64,000 bases of DNA from Mobula hypostoma (taxonomy: Eukaryota). A model generated the notes under the pieces. The model saw nothing but the letters and a program-made list of their open reading frames with translations, searched no databases and had not been told where the DNA came from. The stretch spans positions 34,598,001 to 34,662,000 of the forward strand of contig NC_086097.1 of the NCBI RefSeq assembly GCF_963921235.1, read 5' to 3'. This document shows positions 13,011-25,608 of this stretch, one piece after another. Position 1 is the stretch's first letter. Each line of letters starts with the position of its first letter. A program made the translations under genes and the position numbers.

Positions 13011-13649
13011 AATGCACTGGATTATTAAAATTCCAGATATCTTAGAAAAAGTGCAATTATACATCTGTCTGTTCATGGTGATACCTCAGTTACTCTTGCA
13101 CTCCAAACATAAGCCAATCAAGCCTATCAGCCTTGGAAGTGAAAACATTTAATTATTGTTCAATGGCAATACCATGGGAGCCATCTTTTGCAGGAGGACA
13201 TTACAGAATGTTCAGTGGTGGGTGGAGGATCTGGAGATAATGGTTCCTTGTGAAACTCTGCAAAACCTTTTCAAACTTTCATCCCATAAAATAATTCCTC
13301 CACCTTTTTAAGTCTGTCGTCTGAGTCACAATGCAGTGGTTAAAATCCTATTCCAGAGACCTGAACACGTAATCCAGACTGGCATTTTTGTGCTAAGTTG
13401 TATTTGATGCAGTAAGCCGGTTTGGTGCAATAATGAGTGGTTTAAGGTGGCGCTACTGAAGGTGAGTGACAGCTTACTGGTGGTTTTCAAATCAAGGAAT
13501 TCGACCAGATATTCTAATAATAACGGTTTTTATATGGAAAATTGTAGTAAACAATCACTGCAAACAACGAAGAGCCGAGCGAAGGCAAGGCTGATCTGAT
13601 GGTTGAGGCATACGGGTACAAAACGGAATCACAATGAGGTAAAGGCGTG

Positions 13650-14300
13650 TTCGAGAAGAGAAGTGGAGAAGTTGGAACTTCGGAGACAAAGTTGGAGTGA
13701 GCGGAGTAGAGAAAGGTTGAAGCAGAGCTATTGACCGGGAGCAAGGTTTGATCCATCTAAGTGCTGTGCTGATTTGGAAAGGTCATTTACGGGGCAGAGC
13801 ATATCGCTGTGGCGGGGCTCAGGTACAAGTGTGTGGGGGGGGCGGGGCGACCCAGTGCCTGGACAATTTAAATACTGGGCTAGATAGACTGTAAAGGCAG
13901 GGTGTCGAGACCGGACACAAGGGTCGAGTCAGTTCTGCTCAGTGACGTTTTGCTCCACTCTTCTCAGCACTGAGGCTGTGAGACTGCTCTGGCTGCTACG
14001 TGCTTCATGTCTGTGAGCTTCACGGTAATTTGCCCCGCTACGACCGAGGCTATGGACCGACTCCAGCTGTTCTGAGGTCTGGGTCTATGGGTTTATTTTG
14101 GTTCAGAATGCTGTTGCTTGCTTTTATTGTTTGCATGATTTGTGTTTTTTCCCCTCTTTCTCTGTGCTTTGGGTAGTGGCCTTTTTTTTAAATTGGGTTA
14201 TTTTGGGTTTCTTGTTTCGTGGCTGCCTGTAAGCAGATGAATCTCAAGGTTGTATAATTTATACATACTTTGATAATAAATGTACTTTGAATCCTTTGAA
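13650..14300 (+). mobile_element. Non-autonomous LINE-tailed repeat
   Basis: GC-richer body ending gaatctcaaggttgtata...ctttgataataaatgtactttgaa, the same tail as 6336-7175; 5' boundary uncertain. Confidence 0.55.
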
Positions 14301-16414
14301 TAAATAAGCCCAAAATGGCAGCAGTGTTCATTTGGTATTACCATAATTGTTATCTAAAACAGATGATTTTTGCTTGTGAGAGTTGCCATGTGCAAATTTA
14401 CTGTTGCATTTCCTATAATACTGTTGACTATCCTCAAAAGAATTTTTCAAGATTCAAGATTGTTTTTTGTATTCTTCAGTACACGAGTGTAAAGGAGAAC
14501 AAAATTATTGTTACCCGGCATTCAGTGCAGCATCAAAAAAAAACAATAAGCACAAAACACAGTAAATATTAATATAAAAGCAATCCTATAAAATGCAATG
14601 TACAAGTAACTTGCTGAAGGTAGCCATATATACATAAGATCAATTTTTATAAATAGATTATATGTTTATAAAGTGACGCTAAAGTACCTTGGGATAAGCT
14701 GAAATTGAGAAAGATTCAAGAAAAATGCAGTTGTTCGTTTCTTTTACTTCAGATGTATGAAAGGAAAACCATCAACTCCTTTTGCACCATCCATATTTTC
14801 CCATATCACCTCTCTGTTTCAATTGATCCTCGACCTACTCGAGCCTGCAGGTTCTGTTTTTTTTTTGTCTGTGGCATCATGGTTGTACAGGTTTTTGATT
14901 ATTGGTTGTCATTTCTTTGAAAGGAAAGAAAAATATGATGAATCACCATAAGCCCTTTTTTTTCAATTTTTAATGAGAATAAATTTAGATTGCTGATATT
15001 CTACAGTTGATACTTGAATAGGTAGAAAATTAAAATAGCTTTTGTCCTTTGAAACAGAAATGTACAAAAGAAGGTGATAGACTTCACGTCCCTGCGTGGC
15101 TGGAAACAGAGCAAAGCCGTTCTGTATACCGTATGTACATAGAGTCTCAATAGGGAACAGTTTCATTACTGAAGTTCTAGAACTGATTCACAAATAAAAC
15201 ATGACAACCATGTTTTTATGTTTGTAGTTTACAAAAAAAAACTGCATATACTGTTTTAAAAAATGTAGAATAAAGTGTTCACATTGTTGAAAAATTATAT
15301 TTATATAAGCAGATTTTTTTCTGGGTACTCAGTGAAACCAACCCCTTTAAACTAATTGTGCACTTATGAAAATGATTGCCTTAGGAACAAATCTATTCCT
15401 CTGTAATAGAGTTATATATCTAGCTAATTGCTGGTTGGTAACAAAGGAATGAAATTGCTCTTCTGAAATGCTTCTATAATTAACAATCCATATAACAAAA
15501 TTAAATTGTCAAAGGGTGCCAAACCATAGATTGACAATTTGTTGGGATTAGAATTGTAGAAAAATGCACTACAAAAATCCAGCCACTGACCATACTTAGG
15601 ACTCTTGAAAATGTTCACATTTTCCTTATGATTTACAAATATGCAGTTCCCTTTTAAATCCTACTGAGTTGCAGTTATTTAGGGCTTCAGTGAGGACCTA
15701 GAGTATTTCTTACAGCAGGTGCTTCCTATCTAAGGTGAGATATACTGTACCCGTTTACCGGAGTAATTTCTAGAGTGATGAGGAGAGTTTAAGCAGACTG
15801 GGTATATTCTCTCTAGAATTCAGAAGAATGGGAGCTGAATTTGTTGAAATATTCATGATTTGTATAGGAATTGTCTTGATGTAAGAAACCAATATCTACA
15901 TTCCAAAATCCAAAGGTGGCTGGCCTTGATGGCCCTCCCTCGAAGTTCTCTGATTGACTGTAAAGCTGGGCTGGAGGCTCTTCTCAACTGAAAAGTAATA
16001 TTTGGAATTAATTTAAAATATTTAATTTGCTTGTATTCAACTTGTAACTAATTAAAACAAAACGTAATTTTCACTAAAAACACCCCAAAAAAGCAAAAGT
16101 AATTAAAACATAAAAGTAATGCCGTAAAAAGTAATGATTGCAATTTCCCCCTCCAGTTTTTGACCTACTCATCACCTATCTCTTTTGAATCTCTGCCATA
16201 TTGTTGAGCGCCTAGTAAAGTCTCTCGCCCTAACTAAAAGACAATGGCAGCAATTTTTTCATCTATTCCCCAAAGTAAATTACAAAATCATCTTCATTTT
16301 AATTTTTAAGATTTTTGATCCTTAAATTTGACCAGTCTTGTAAGCTGCCTTTTTATAAGAATTAACATTTCAATTGAAAGATGCAACTTATGCAGTTAAA
16401 CACACACTATTGTG

Positions 16415-18500
16415 TCAAGGAGGCAGAGGAGCACTTGAAGGACTGCTTTGAGTTGGTGGATTAGACAATATTCAGGGATTTGTCTTCAGTTCTGAATTAA
16501 TACGCCACAATTGTCACCAATTTCATCAAGACCTGTGTAGATGTGTGTGTGCCTTCGAGAACACACTGGACATTCCCAAACCAAAAGCCGTGGATGAACA
16601 AGGAGATTTGTTGTCTGCTAAGTACATTCAAGACCAATGATCCAGAACCATACAAGAAGGCTAGGTACGACTGACAGAAGGCTATTTTAAAAGTGATAAA
16701 ACAATGCCGAATGAAGTTGGAGACAAAATGGATGCACATCAGCTCTGGCCGGGTTTGCAGGGCGTTACATCGTACAAGGTGAAACCTAACATCATGAATG
16801 GCTGTGATGTTTCACCCCCAGATGAGCTAAATGTCTTTTATGCACGCTTTGAAAGGGAGAATAAAACTACCCCTGTGCAAATCCCTGCAGCATCTGGTGA
16901 AGCTGTAATCTCTGTCACAGAAGCTGATATCAGAGCATCTTTCAAGAGGGTGAACCTTTGTAAGGGCATTAGGCCCTGATGGTCTACCTGGTACGGCTCT
17001 GAAAACCTGTGCCAACCAACTGGCTGGACATCTTCAGTCTCTCACTGCTGCAGTCGGAGGTTCCCACCTGCTTCAAAAGGGCAACAGTCATACCAATACC
17101 CAAGAAGAGCAGGGTGAGCTGCATCAACAACTATCGCCCAGTGGTACTCACATCTACTGTGATGAAGTGCTTTGAGAGGTTAGTCATGGCCAGAATTAAC
17201 TCCTGCCCTAATCAAGGACCTGGACCTGCTGCAAATTGCTTATTGCCACAATAGGTCTACAGCTGACGCAATCTCACTAGCTCTCCATTCAGCCTTGGAT
17301 GAAATGGACAATAGTAATACCTACATCAGGCTGCTGTTTATTGATTACAGTCCATACCATCATACCTTCAGAACTAATTAATGACCTCTAAATCCTGGGC
17401 CTCTATATCGTCCTCTGTAATTGGATCCTTGACTTCCTCACCAGGAGACCACAGTCTCTGCAGATCAGAAATAACATCTACTCTTCACTGACAATCAATA
17501 CAGGTGCACCTCAAGGATGTGTCCTTAGCCCATTGCTCTGCTGTATCTCTACCCATGACTGTATGTGTAGGTACAGCTCAGACAGTGATGAGGCAGGTAC
17601 AGGAGTGAGATAGATCTGCTGGTTGAATGGTGTTGCAACAACGACAAGAGAACAGGACTTTACGCAGCCAGTAGCTCTTGTCAAAGTGATTTCAGATCTG
17701 ACAAGTCTGTTACATGCTTCATAATTGCAGCTGATAGAATGGAAAAGGGGAACTCAGTTTGCTTGTTGTGTTTGACCCCAAGAGCCTCAGTAAGGTGTCG
17801 TACAAGAGATTAGCGAACAAAACGAGAGCATGCATTGAGGGTGACTGGTCAATGAATGAACATGGAGCGGGGAGGGGCATCATGTTCACGTTGGGCCTCG
17901 GTCTCTCTCAACCCACCAGATATATAATTGTAGGCTTCAGGAAAGGGAAGTCAAGGGAATATATAACAGTCTTCATGGAGGGATCAGCATGGTAAGGGTG
18001 AGTAGACTCAAGTTCCTGGGTGTCAACACCAGAGCCCATTGATACAGTTACAATGAAAGCACGACAGTGGCTACATTTCATTGTCAGTTTGGGGAGACTT
18101 GGTATGTCACCAAAGACTCAGAAATTTCTACAGCTGTTGCATCTGTTCTGAAGGGGCCACTGCATAGGATTGGGAAAGGCTGCAGAAAGTTGCAAACTCA
18201 GCAAGTTTCCATCGTGGGCACTAACCTCCCCAGCATTGAGAACATCTTCAGAAGGCAATGTCTCAAAAAGGTGGCATCCATCATTAAGGACCCACATCAC
18301 CCATGACGTGCCCTCTTCTCATTGCTACCATCAGGGAGCCTGGAGACACACACTTAACGCTTTAGAAACAGTTCCTTCCCCTCCGCCATTAGATTTCTGA
18401 ATGGACAATAAACCCACGTACACTATCTCACTATTTTTTGCTCTCTTTTTGCACTAATTTAATTTAATTTTTATATCTACTGTATTTCTTATTGTAATTT
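16415..18500 (+). mobile_element. Decayed Rex1/Babar LINE (RT), interrupted at about 17645-17915
   Basis: [59 protein letters not shown] and ASIIKDPHHP motifs. Confidence 0.9.
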
Positions 18501-18519
18501 GTAGTTTTTCTTTTATTAT

Positions 18520-18845
18520 GTTCGTGGCCTAAGGTGGAAGGAGATGTTATCAACTTCAAACTTCCTGCATTTTCACTCAAAGAGTTGAACTGCACGTGCA
18601 TGTAATGAGAACTGTATTATCTCATCTCCTTCTACCTTAGGCCACAAACTTATCAATCACCCCTGCTGTGGACCACTTCTGGAGGTCCAAGACGCGGACC
18701 TCTACAAAGAAGGGACTCGTATGCTCCACGACCGCTGGACTAAGTGTGTAAATGTAGGAGGGAACTACATTGAAAAATAAATGTGCTAGGTTTTCTAAAA
18801 TTGACTCTTTCTACCTTAGGCCATGAACTTATCAATCACCCCTTA
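18520..18845 (+). mobile_element. Rearranged mariner derivative (fold-back TIR pair, transposase C-terminus, right TIR)
   Basis: 18520-18546 is the inverted copy of 18623-18649. The frame ending at 18780 reads LEVQDADLYKEGTRMLHDRWTKCVNVGGNYIEK*, a mariner-type C-terminus. The TIR ctaccttaggcca.gaacttatcaatcacccct recurs at 18811-18843, followed by TA. Confidence 0.85.
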
Positions 18846-19739
18846 TATTTATCCCAGGTAAATTGCTACTTATTGCATTGCTTGATATGTGAACCATTTA
18901 TTTCTTAATTGCAATTGATTACACCTCAGAACTAAGTCATAAAAATATTTTTGGATGTCCTGAAGTTAGGAGAACCAATATGTAATTACAAGATTTCCTT
19001 GTCCAGCAGGTTTGATAAGATTATTAACAAATTTGTAAGAGCGCATTGAATTAGTGATTAGCGAAAATGAGACAGGGCAGGTGGGAAAGTGTGCCACTCA
19101 TGGAATTGTTCCAGAGCTCCCTATTTTCATCATCATGTTGGTGATTCAGATAAAAGACTGAATAATTATAGGTGTGACTGATTTGGAGGTACATTTTATT
19201 GTGTGGAAAGGAACAGAAAGTTAGTTGAAGTATTATTGAAAGAATCTGGCCCAGTTAAAGAACTGGAAAAAGATAAAGGCAGATAGAGTTAAGTATGGGC
19301 AAGATATGCAGTTACAGTATCCACTTCAACGAAGAATAAAGTACACAGACTTGATTTGTATTTCTTTGAAGTGTAAAAATTGAGTAGAAATCCTATTATG
19401 GTATTTAAAATAATTAATAATTTTGATAGTTACAGAAAACTTTTATTCCTCTTGATGAATAATGCTGAATAGAAAAGATAGAGCTGACATTTTAAACAAG
19501 GAGAGGAATTCTGAATTAACAACAAAAACACCTTCCATTTATTTTGCGTCCCAAGGTGCTTTGCAAGAGCAAGTTTTAAGGAAAAGATGAGGAGAAATTT
19601 TGGGGATGAAATTTTAGAACCAAGGGCTTTGGAACTTTGAGTCCAACAAAAGGTGCAAATGTTTGTCTTAAATATTTTTCTTGTGATCGCAAGACCCTGG
19701 TGGACCTTGGTAATACAAATACCGTAGGTCTGGTTCATT

Positions 19740-20378
19740 GGCGAGAATGGCGGCCAGGGAGCTGTGTAGCCTCAGATGCTGCATGTACCAGGCACTCACG
19801 CCACAGTGTTGCCTGTTATAGCCACCAAGGAGAGGAGTTGTGAGAGCGAACAGAGGCAATGGAATTCATGCCCAAGGACCAGGCCCTCCTCTTGCAGCGT
19901 CACCAGTTACTGTCACCTGCTGGAGTAGACGCTGGTGGCAGTGTAGGAGTGTGCAGAGGCATGACAAGCATTCAGGAATCTTTGCCCGAGGACCAGGACC
20001 TCGTGCCTTGGTGATAACTGTTACAGCTACCCATGGAGAAGGTGCTGGAGGTGTTGTGGAAGTGAATAGAGGTGCATTAGGCATGCTGGAATCCATGCTG
20101 AGTTGTAGGGTCTCTAGTGTTCGCTCCCTGAAAGACAAGCTGGACTGCTCTCAGCTGCAGGAGATGAGGAAATGCTGCATTCTTGTTCTTGCAGGAACAT
20201 AGCTCCAGGGCAATATCCCATGTGCCATCAATTTTCCAGCCATGCCACTCAGGGACTTGTGCTGATATTATTTTGTGACTGTATGTACTGTTTTGCACCT
20301 TGGCCCTGGGGGAACGTTCTTTAATTAGCTGCATGCATGTGTGCTCTTGAATGACAATTAAGTTTGAACTTGACTTGA
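19740..20378 (+). mobile_element. Internally deleted Rex1/Babar derivative
   Basis: APE-endonuclease start (SVRSLKDKLD..QEMRKCCILVLAGT) joined directly to a 3' UTR ending tgaacttgacttga. Confidence 0.6.
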
Positions 20379-21010
20379 TAGTGAATAAATTAAATATGGG
20401 CACAAATAAGAGGTCGGAATGGGAGATGAACAGATATCAAGGAAGATTGGAGGTTAAGTCGATCACAGAGATAGGGAAGAGCAAAACTATGAAAGAATTT
20501 ATAAACAAGGATGAGAATTTTAAAGTCAAAGCATTGCATGACCAATATAGGCCAGCAAATACAGGGATGATGAATGATTGGAATTTGATGGGAGTTAGCA
20601 GAAGTACAAAAGGTTGTGTTTGGGGTGGATCATTGGAAATTATGAAGATTCAGATTGATGAATTCCAGAAATATAGTGATTTGAAGAAATAGAAATCAAA
20701 TTAAATGGATTGGGGGGAGGGGGAAAATATATGTACCTAGGGTTAATTTTTATTTTATAGTTGTCACCTTTAATCTGCAGTCTTCATTTATTACTGAAGT
20801 TTTATCTCATTATGGGGTTAGTGGTAGAAGGGGTGAGCAGCTTCAAGTTCCTGGCTATGAACATGATGATTTACCCTGGACCCAACTTTTGACGCAATCA
20901 CGAAGAAGCACCCCAATGGCTATACTTCATTGGGTATTTGAGGCGATTTGATATGTTACCAAAGTCTCCAGCAAATTTCTACAGATGTACTGTGAAGAGC
21001 CTTCGCACTG

Positions 21011-21833
21011 GTTCAAAACAAAAGAGATGGTTGTTGACTTCAGGAGGGCACGGAACAACCACTCTCCACTGAACATCAACGACTCCTCCGTGGGGATCGT
21101 TAACAGCACCAAATTTCTTGGTGTTCACCTGGCGGAGAGTCTCACCTGGTCCCTCAACACCAGCTCCATAGCAAAGGTGGCCCAGCAGTGTCTCTACTTT
21201 CTGCGAAGGCTGAGAAAAGTCCATCTCCCACCCCCCATCCTCACCACATTCTACAGAGGTTGTATTGAGAGCATCCTGAGCAGCTGCATCACTGCCTGGT
21301 TCGGAAATTGCACCATCTCGGATCGCAAGACCCTGCAGCGGATAGTAAGGTCAGCTGAGAAGATCATCGGGGTCTCCTTTCCCGCCATTACAGACGTTCA
21401 CACCACACGCTGCATCCGTAAAGCAAACAGCATTATGAAGAACCACACTCACCCCTCATACAAACTCTTCTCCCTCCTGCCATCTGGCAAAAGGCACTGA
21501 AGTATTCAGGCTCTCACGACCAGACTATGTAACAGTTTCTTCCCCCAAGTCATCAGACTCCTCAATACCCAGAGCCTGGACTGACACCAACCTACTGCCC
21601 TCTACTGTGCCTATTGTCTTGTTTATTATTTATTGTAATGCCTGCACTGTTTTGTGCACTTTATGCAGTCCTGGGTAGGTCTATAGTCCAGTTTTGTGTT
21701 GTTTTACGTAGTTGATTGTAGTTTTTGTATTATTTCATGTAGCACCATGGTCCTGAAAAACATTGTCTCATTTTTACTGTGTACTGTACCAGCAGTTATG
21801 GTTGAAATGGCAATAAAAAGTGACTTGATTTGA
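21011..21833 (+). mobile_element. Young 5'-truncated Rex1/Babar LINE nested in an older Rex1 copy (about 20820-22170)
   Basis: Open frame KTKEMVVDFRR...KFLGVHL...LYFLRRLRK...FYRGCIESILSSCITAWFG...LFSLLPSGKRH with a (TGACT)n-like tail. The host RT sequence breaks at 21010 and resumes at 21834. Confidence 0.9.
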
Positions 21834-23458
21834 TCATCACCTGGTATAGTGGTCCCAATGCACAGGATCCAAAGAAGCTGCAGGGGGTTGTAGACACAGC
21901 CAGCTCCACCATGGACACAACCCACCTCACCATTGAGAACATCTTCAAAAGTTGGTGCCTCGAGAATGCAGCATCCATTATTAAGGACCCTCTATCCAGG
22001 ACATGCCTTCTCATTAAAACCACCAGGGAGGAGGTGCAAGATTTTGAATGATCCATAAGCACTACCCTCTTATTTCTCTTTTGCACAATTTATTTATGTC
22101 CTGTACTGCTGCCACAAAACAAGAAATTTCATGTCATATGTCAGTGGTAATAAATCAGATTTAGATTTATTCCATTGGAAAGGAAGGAAGGAAGAAAAAG
22201 ACAAGCAGTTGCTGTAGGCGGTGGGGGGGGGGCGGGGGCGCGTTGGGAAGCAAGATACGATGATGTGCTTGTGTTTTTTTTTCTAAGATCAAGTGATAGT
22301 TTGAAGTACAGTGATGGAAGAAGCAAGCAAGAACTGGACCAAGTTACCTGACGTTATTTGATTGGTTGGATATTGAATTGTTTCCTTACAAAAGAAATTG
22401 TGCAGCAGCTGGTAGTATTATTTTTGCAAAATCCTTCCCAATCCCTCTTTTAGGTTGCAAATAAATCCATTTTATAAGTGGAATCCAGGGAATATTGTTA
22501 GTGACATTTCCTGATGAGTTTTTATCAGGTGTCTGGCCCTGTTGTTTGCCTGTTGTTTATCACAGAGAACAGAGGAGTTGCTATACAATTGGTTTATCAT
22601 TGCCTCATGTGCTGAAATACAGTGAAATAATTTGTTTATATGCCAGCCATACCAATATTTTTACTATATACTGTTAGTACATCGAGGTAGTTCAGGGGGA
22701 AAGCAAAAACAGAATGTAACACACTGGAGATGTTTATAAATTCATTAAGTCCGATAGCTAAAGTACAGAGAATGGGATGTGTTGACAGAAACAGACAAGC
22801 TGTTTTCAGACTGAAATGCAAATAAGTGATCGGGTGCTGAAAGGAAGCTCAATTCATATTATGGTTTACTATTACTGAGTATAGGAGATAAAATGTATTG
22901 AATTACGTTTGCGTTTTAAGTTACCAGGTTTAAAAAGGAAATATTGTTCTAGTCCAAGATGAATTACACAGGCATCTCCTTTGTGTGTACATATGGTTTA
23001 AATGAACTACATTTTTAAAGTGTATTTATAATTTTGATTAAAAAATTCATTATTTTTGAACAATTCTGATTTTGGACTACAGTTTTGGTTTGTGAGATGT
23101 TATACGGAGCAGCCTCAATTGGATGATAATTTATTAAAAAGCTTTACTTATAGTCCAATTGCAGCTTAAAATCTGTACTTAAGCTTAAAGCATTATTGTG
23201 CAATAGGTGAGGTTTAAAAATAATGAAAATTAAGATAGTTAAAATAAATTTTCTGTGTTTTGCTAATATTGAAAGGCAAGTCATTAATTTCCCTCACTTG
23301 TTAAGAAAAGTAATAGATTAGTATTGATATGTTCAATAAGATACTGGAATATTTGAAGGTACACTGGTGTAAAAAAGGTGGTTGTCTCCTTATGCATAAT
23401 TACAGCATAAGCAGTAGCACACAGCCAAATGTGCTCCAACAGTTGTGGATTGTAAATA

Positions 23459-24199
23459 CAGTCGGCCCTCCTTATCCGCGAGTTCCGCATGTGCGAATTC
23501 AACCTACCGCAAATTGGGAAAACCCGGAAGTTCTCTCTCCAGCACTCGTTGTTCGAGCATTGTTCGCCTCGCGTCTCGTTCGTTCGCTACTTTGTTCTGT
23601 GAAAACATGGCTCCTAAAAAGCAACTACGTGGTCAAAGCAATTCCTCAAAGGCTAAGAGTAAAGTGCTCTCTCTCGCCGAGAAATTAGAAATATTAGATC
23701 TTTTGAAAAATGGCATGTCGCATTCCGAAGTGAGCCGTAAGGTCGGTAAGAACGAATCGAGCATTCGTACAATAAAACAGAAAGAAGCTGAAACTGGTGG
23801 AAGTGTTAGTGCTAGGGATGGCTGGCTGGCTATGTAAAGCGCTACAGCCTCAAGAACTTAAAGATCACGAGAGAATCGGGATCAGCTGATGTCGAGGCGG
23901 CATCAGCGTCCCCAGAAGAGCTACGATGGTTGCGTCTGTACTGAACATGTACAGACTTTTTTTCTTGTCATTATTCCCTAAACAATACAGTATAACAACT
24001 ATTTATATAGCATTTACCTTGTATTAGGTATTATAAGTCAACAGAACAGAAACACTGAGGGCGGTGGGTCCTGTGCTGCCCTGGATCCTAAAGTCCACCC
24101 GCACTGAGACAGGTTAAATAAGGGATTTGAGCATCCGCATTTTTTGGTATCCGCAGGGGGTCGCGGAACCAATCCCTCGCGGATAAGGAGGGCCAACTG
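23459..24199 (+). mobile_element. Tigger/pogo-family DNA transposon, internally deleted (741 bp)
   Basis: 24-bp TIRs CAGTYGGCCCTCCTTATCCGCGAG (1 mismatch) with TA on both flanks. ATG at 23607 opens MAPKKQLRGQSNSSKAKSKVLSLAEKLEILDLLKNGMSHSEVSRKVGKNESSIRTIKQKEAE, a CENP-B/psq-type HTH. Confidence 0.95.
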
Positions 24200-25167
24200 T
24201 ATGTTTTAATTAAGTGTAAAGGGTACTGTATTTTTTATTGTTTATTGAGATATAAGCAAGAACAGGCCCTTTCATCCCTTTGAGCCACCCGCCCAGCAAC
24301 CCACCTATTTAACCCTAACCTAATCACGGGACTGAAAATTGCAAATCCAGCACTATTGGATTATCAAACAAAAATGTGTACATGTTGAGTACTTTAAGGT
24401 CTTGTTAATAAGTATGTAATTACTTGGCCATTTCATGCTTTGCTATTGAAAAGGAACAGTTTCACAGTGTCACTTTGCTGCAAAGCATTTAACGTTTTGG
24501 CAATAGTTGTGAATGATATTAACATTTTAATCAAACAATAGGAAACAAAAGGAAACCATCAAAGGTAATGATGCAAATCTCCTATAACACTAATCCTCGT
24601 GTTCAGCAAACCCAAAATGTAAGTAACAACTTGATTTACTAATGTTCAAGATAATAAAATTTTATCACAGTGCAATCAACACTAGACTCTTCAGTGACAC
24701 CTACTGACACTACATAACAATGTTTATGGATCATAATCATCTGGATTTTAGAGCACTTTAAATGAAAATTCTACATTTTCAAATATTACGTGATCTCAAT
24801 TCCAAAGAAGTAGATATTCTTGAAGAGAATAAGCAAAAGCTCAGTAACTAGACAAAGGATACTTAAAACAAAAAAATGCCAAAAATATTCCACTTCTGTG
24901 AAAAGGAAAACAGAGTTCATATTTTAGATCAAAGACTCTTCCTCAGAACTAGGAAAGAAAGAAAAAAAGTGTGGTTTTAAATTGGAGAGAGATTACAGAA
25001 GGATGGATACACAAAGGGAATCTCCCTGGTAAATTGAGTAATGGGTGGTACAGATATACAAACTGGGCTGATTAATGGAAAGAAGTCAGAGATTGAATAT
25101 GAAAGCTATGAAAAGAGGGAAGTTTAAAAAGTGAGACCACAAAGTAACAAGAATTGCAAAGTGCTGA

Positions 25168-25608
25168 GCATTGGGGAGCATGCCTTATAGGTAGAGTGAA
25201 CTCGGCCTTTTTTCCTTGGAGCGAATGAGGATGAGAGGTGACCTGATAGAGGTGTACAAGATAATGAGAGGCATTGATCATCTGGATAGTCAGAGGCTTT
25301 TCCCCAGGGCTGAAATGGCTAGCACAAGGGGGCATAGTTTCAAGGTGCTTGGAAGTAGGTACAGAGGAGATGTCGGGGTAAGTTTTTTTACGCAGAGAGT
25401 GGTGAGTGCGTGGAATGGGCTGCTGGCGGCGTTGGTGAAGGCGGAAATGATAGGGTCTTTTAAGAGACTCCTGGATGGCTACATGGAGCTTAGAAAAATA
25501 GAGGGCTGTGGGTAAAGCCCTAGGTAGTTCTAAGGTAGGGACATTTTGGGCACAGCTTTGTGAGCCAAAGGGCCTGTATTGTGCTGTAGGTTTTCCATGT
25601 TTCTATGT
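25168..25608 (+). mobile_element. CR1 LINE 3' end (same subfamily as 29163-32083)
   Basis: RMRGDLIEVYKIMRGID...FFTQRVVSAWNGL and tail ttccatgtttctatgtt. Confidence 0.9.

Noticed and set aside
23445..23837. Domesticated TIGD/CENP-B-like gene
   Set aside because: Only the first HTH is present, there is no DDE domain, and it lies inside TIRs with TA flanks, so it is a deleted transposon.
24542..24618. Possible extra ATXN3 exon (AG...GTAAGT, open frame)
   Set aside because: 77 nt, incompatible with the phase-1/phase-1 context; purine-rich acceptor; no ataxin-3 similarity.
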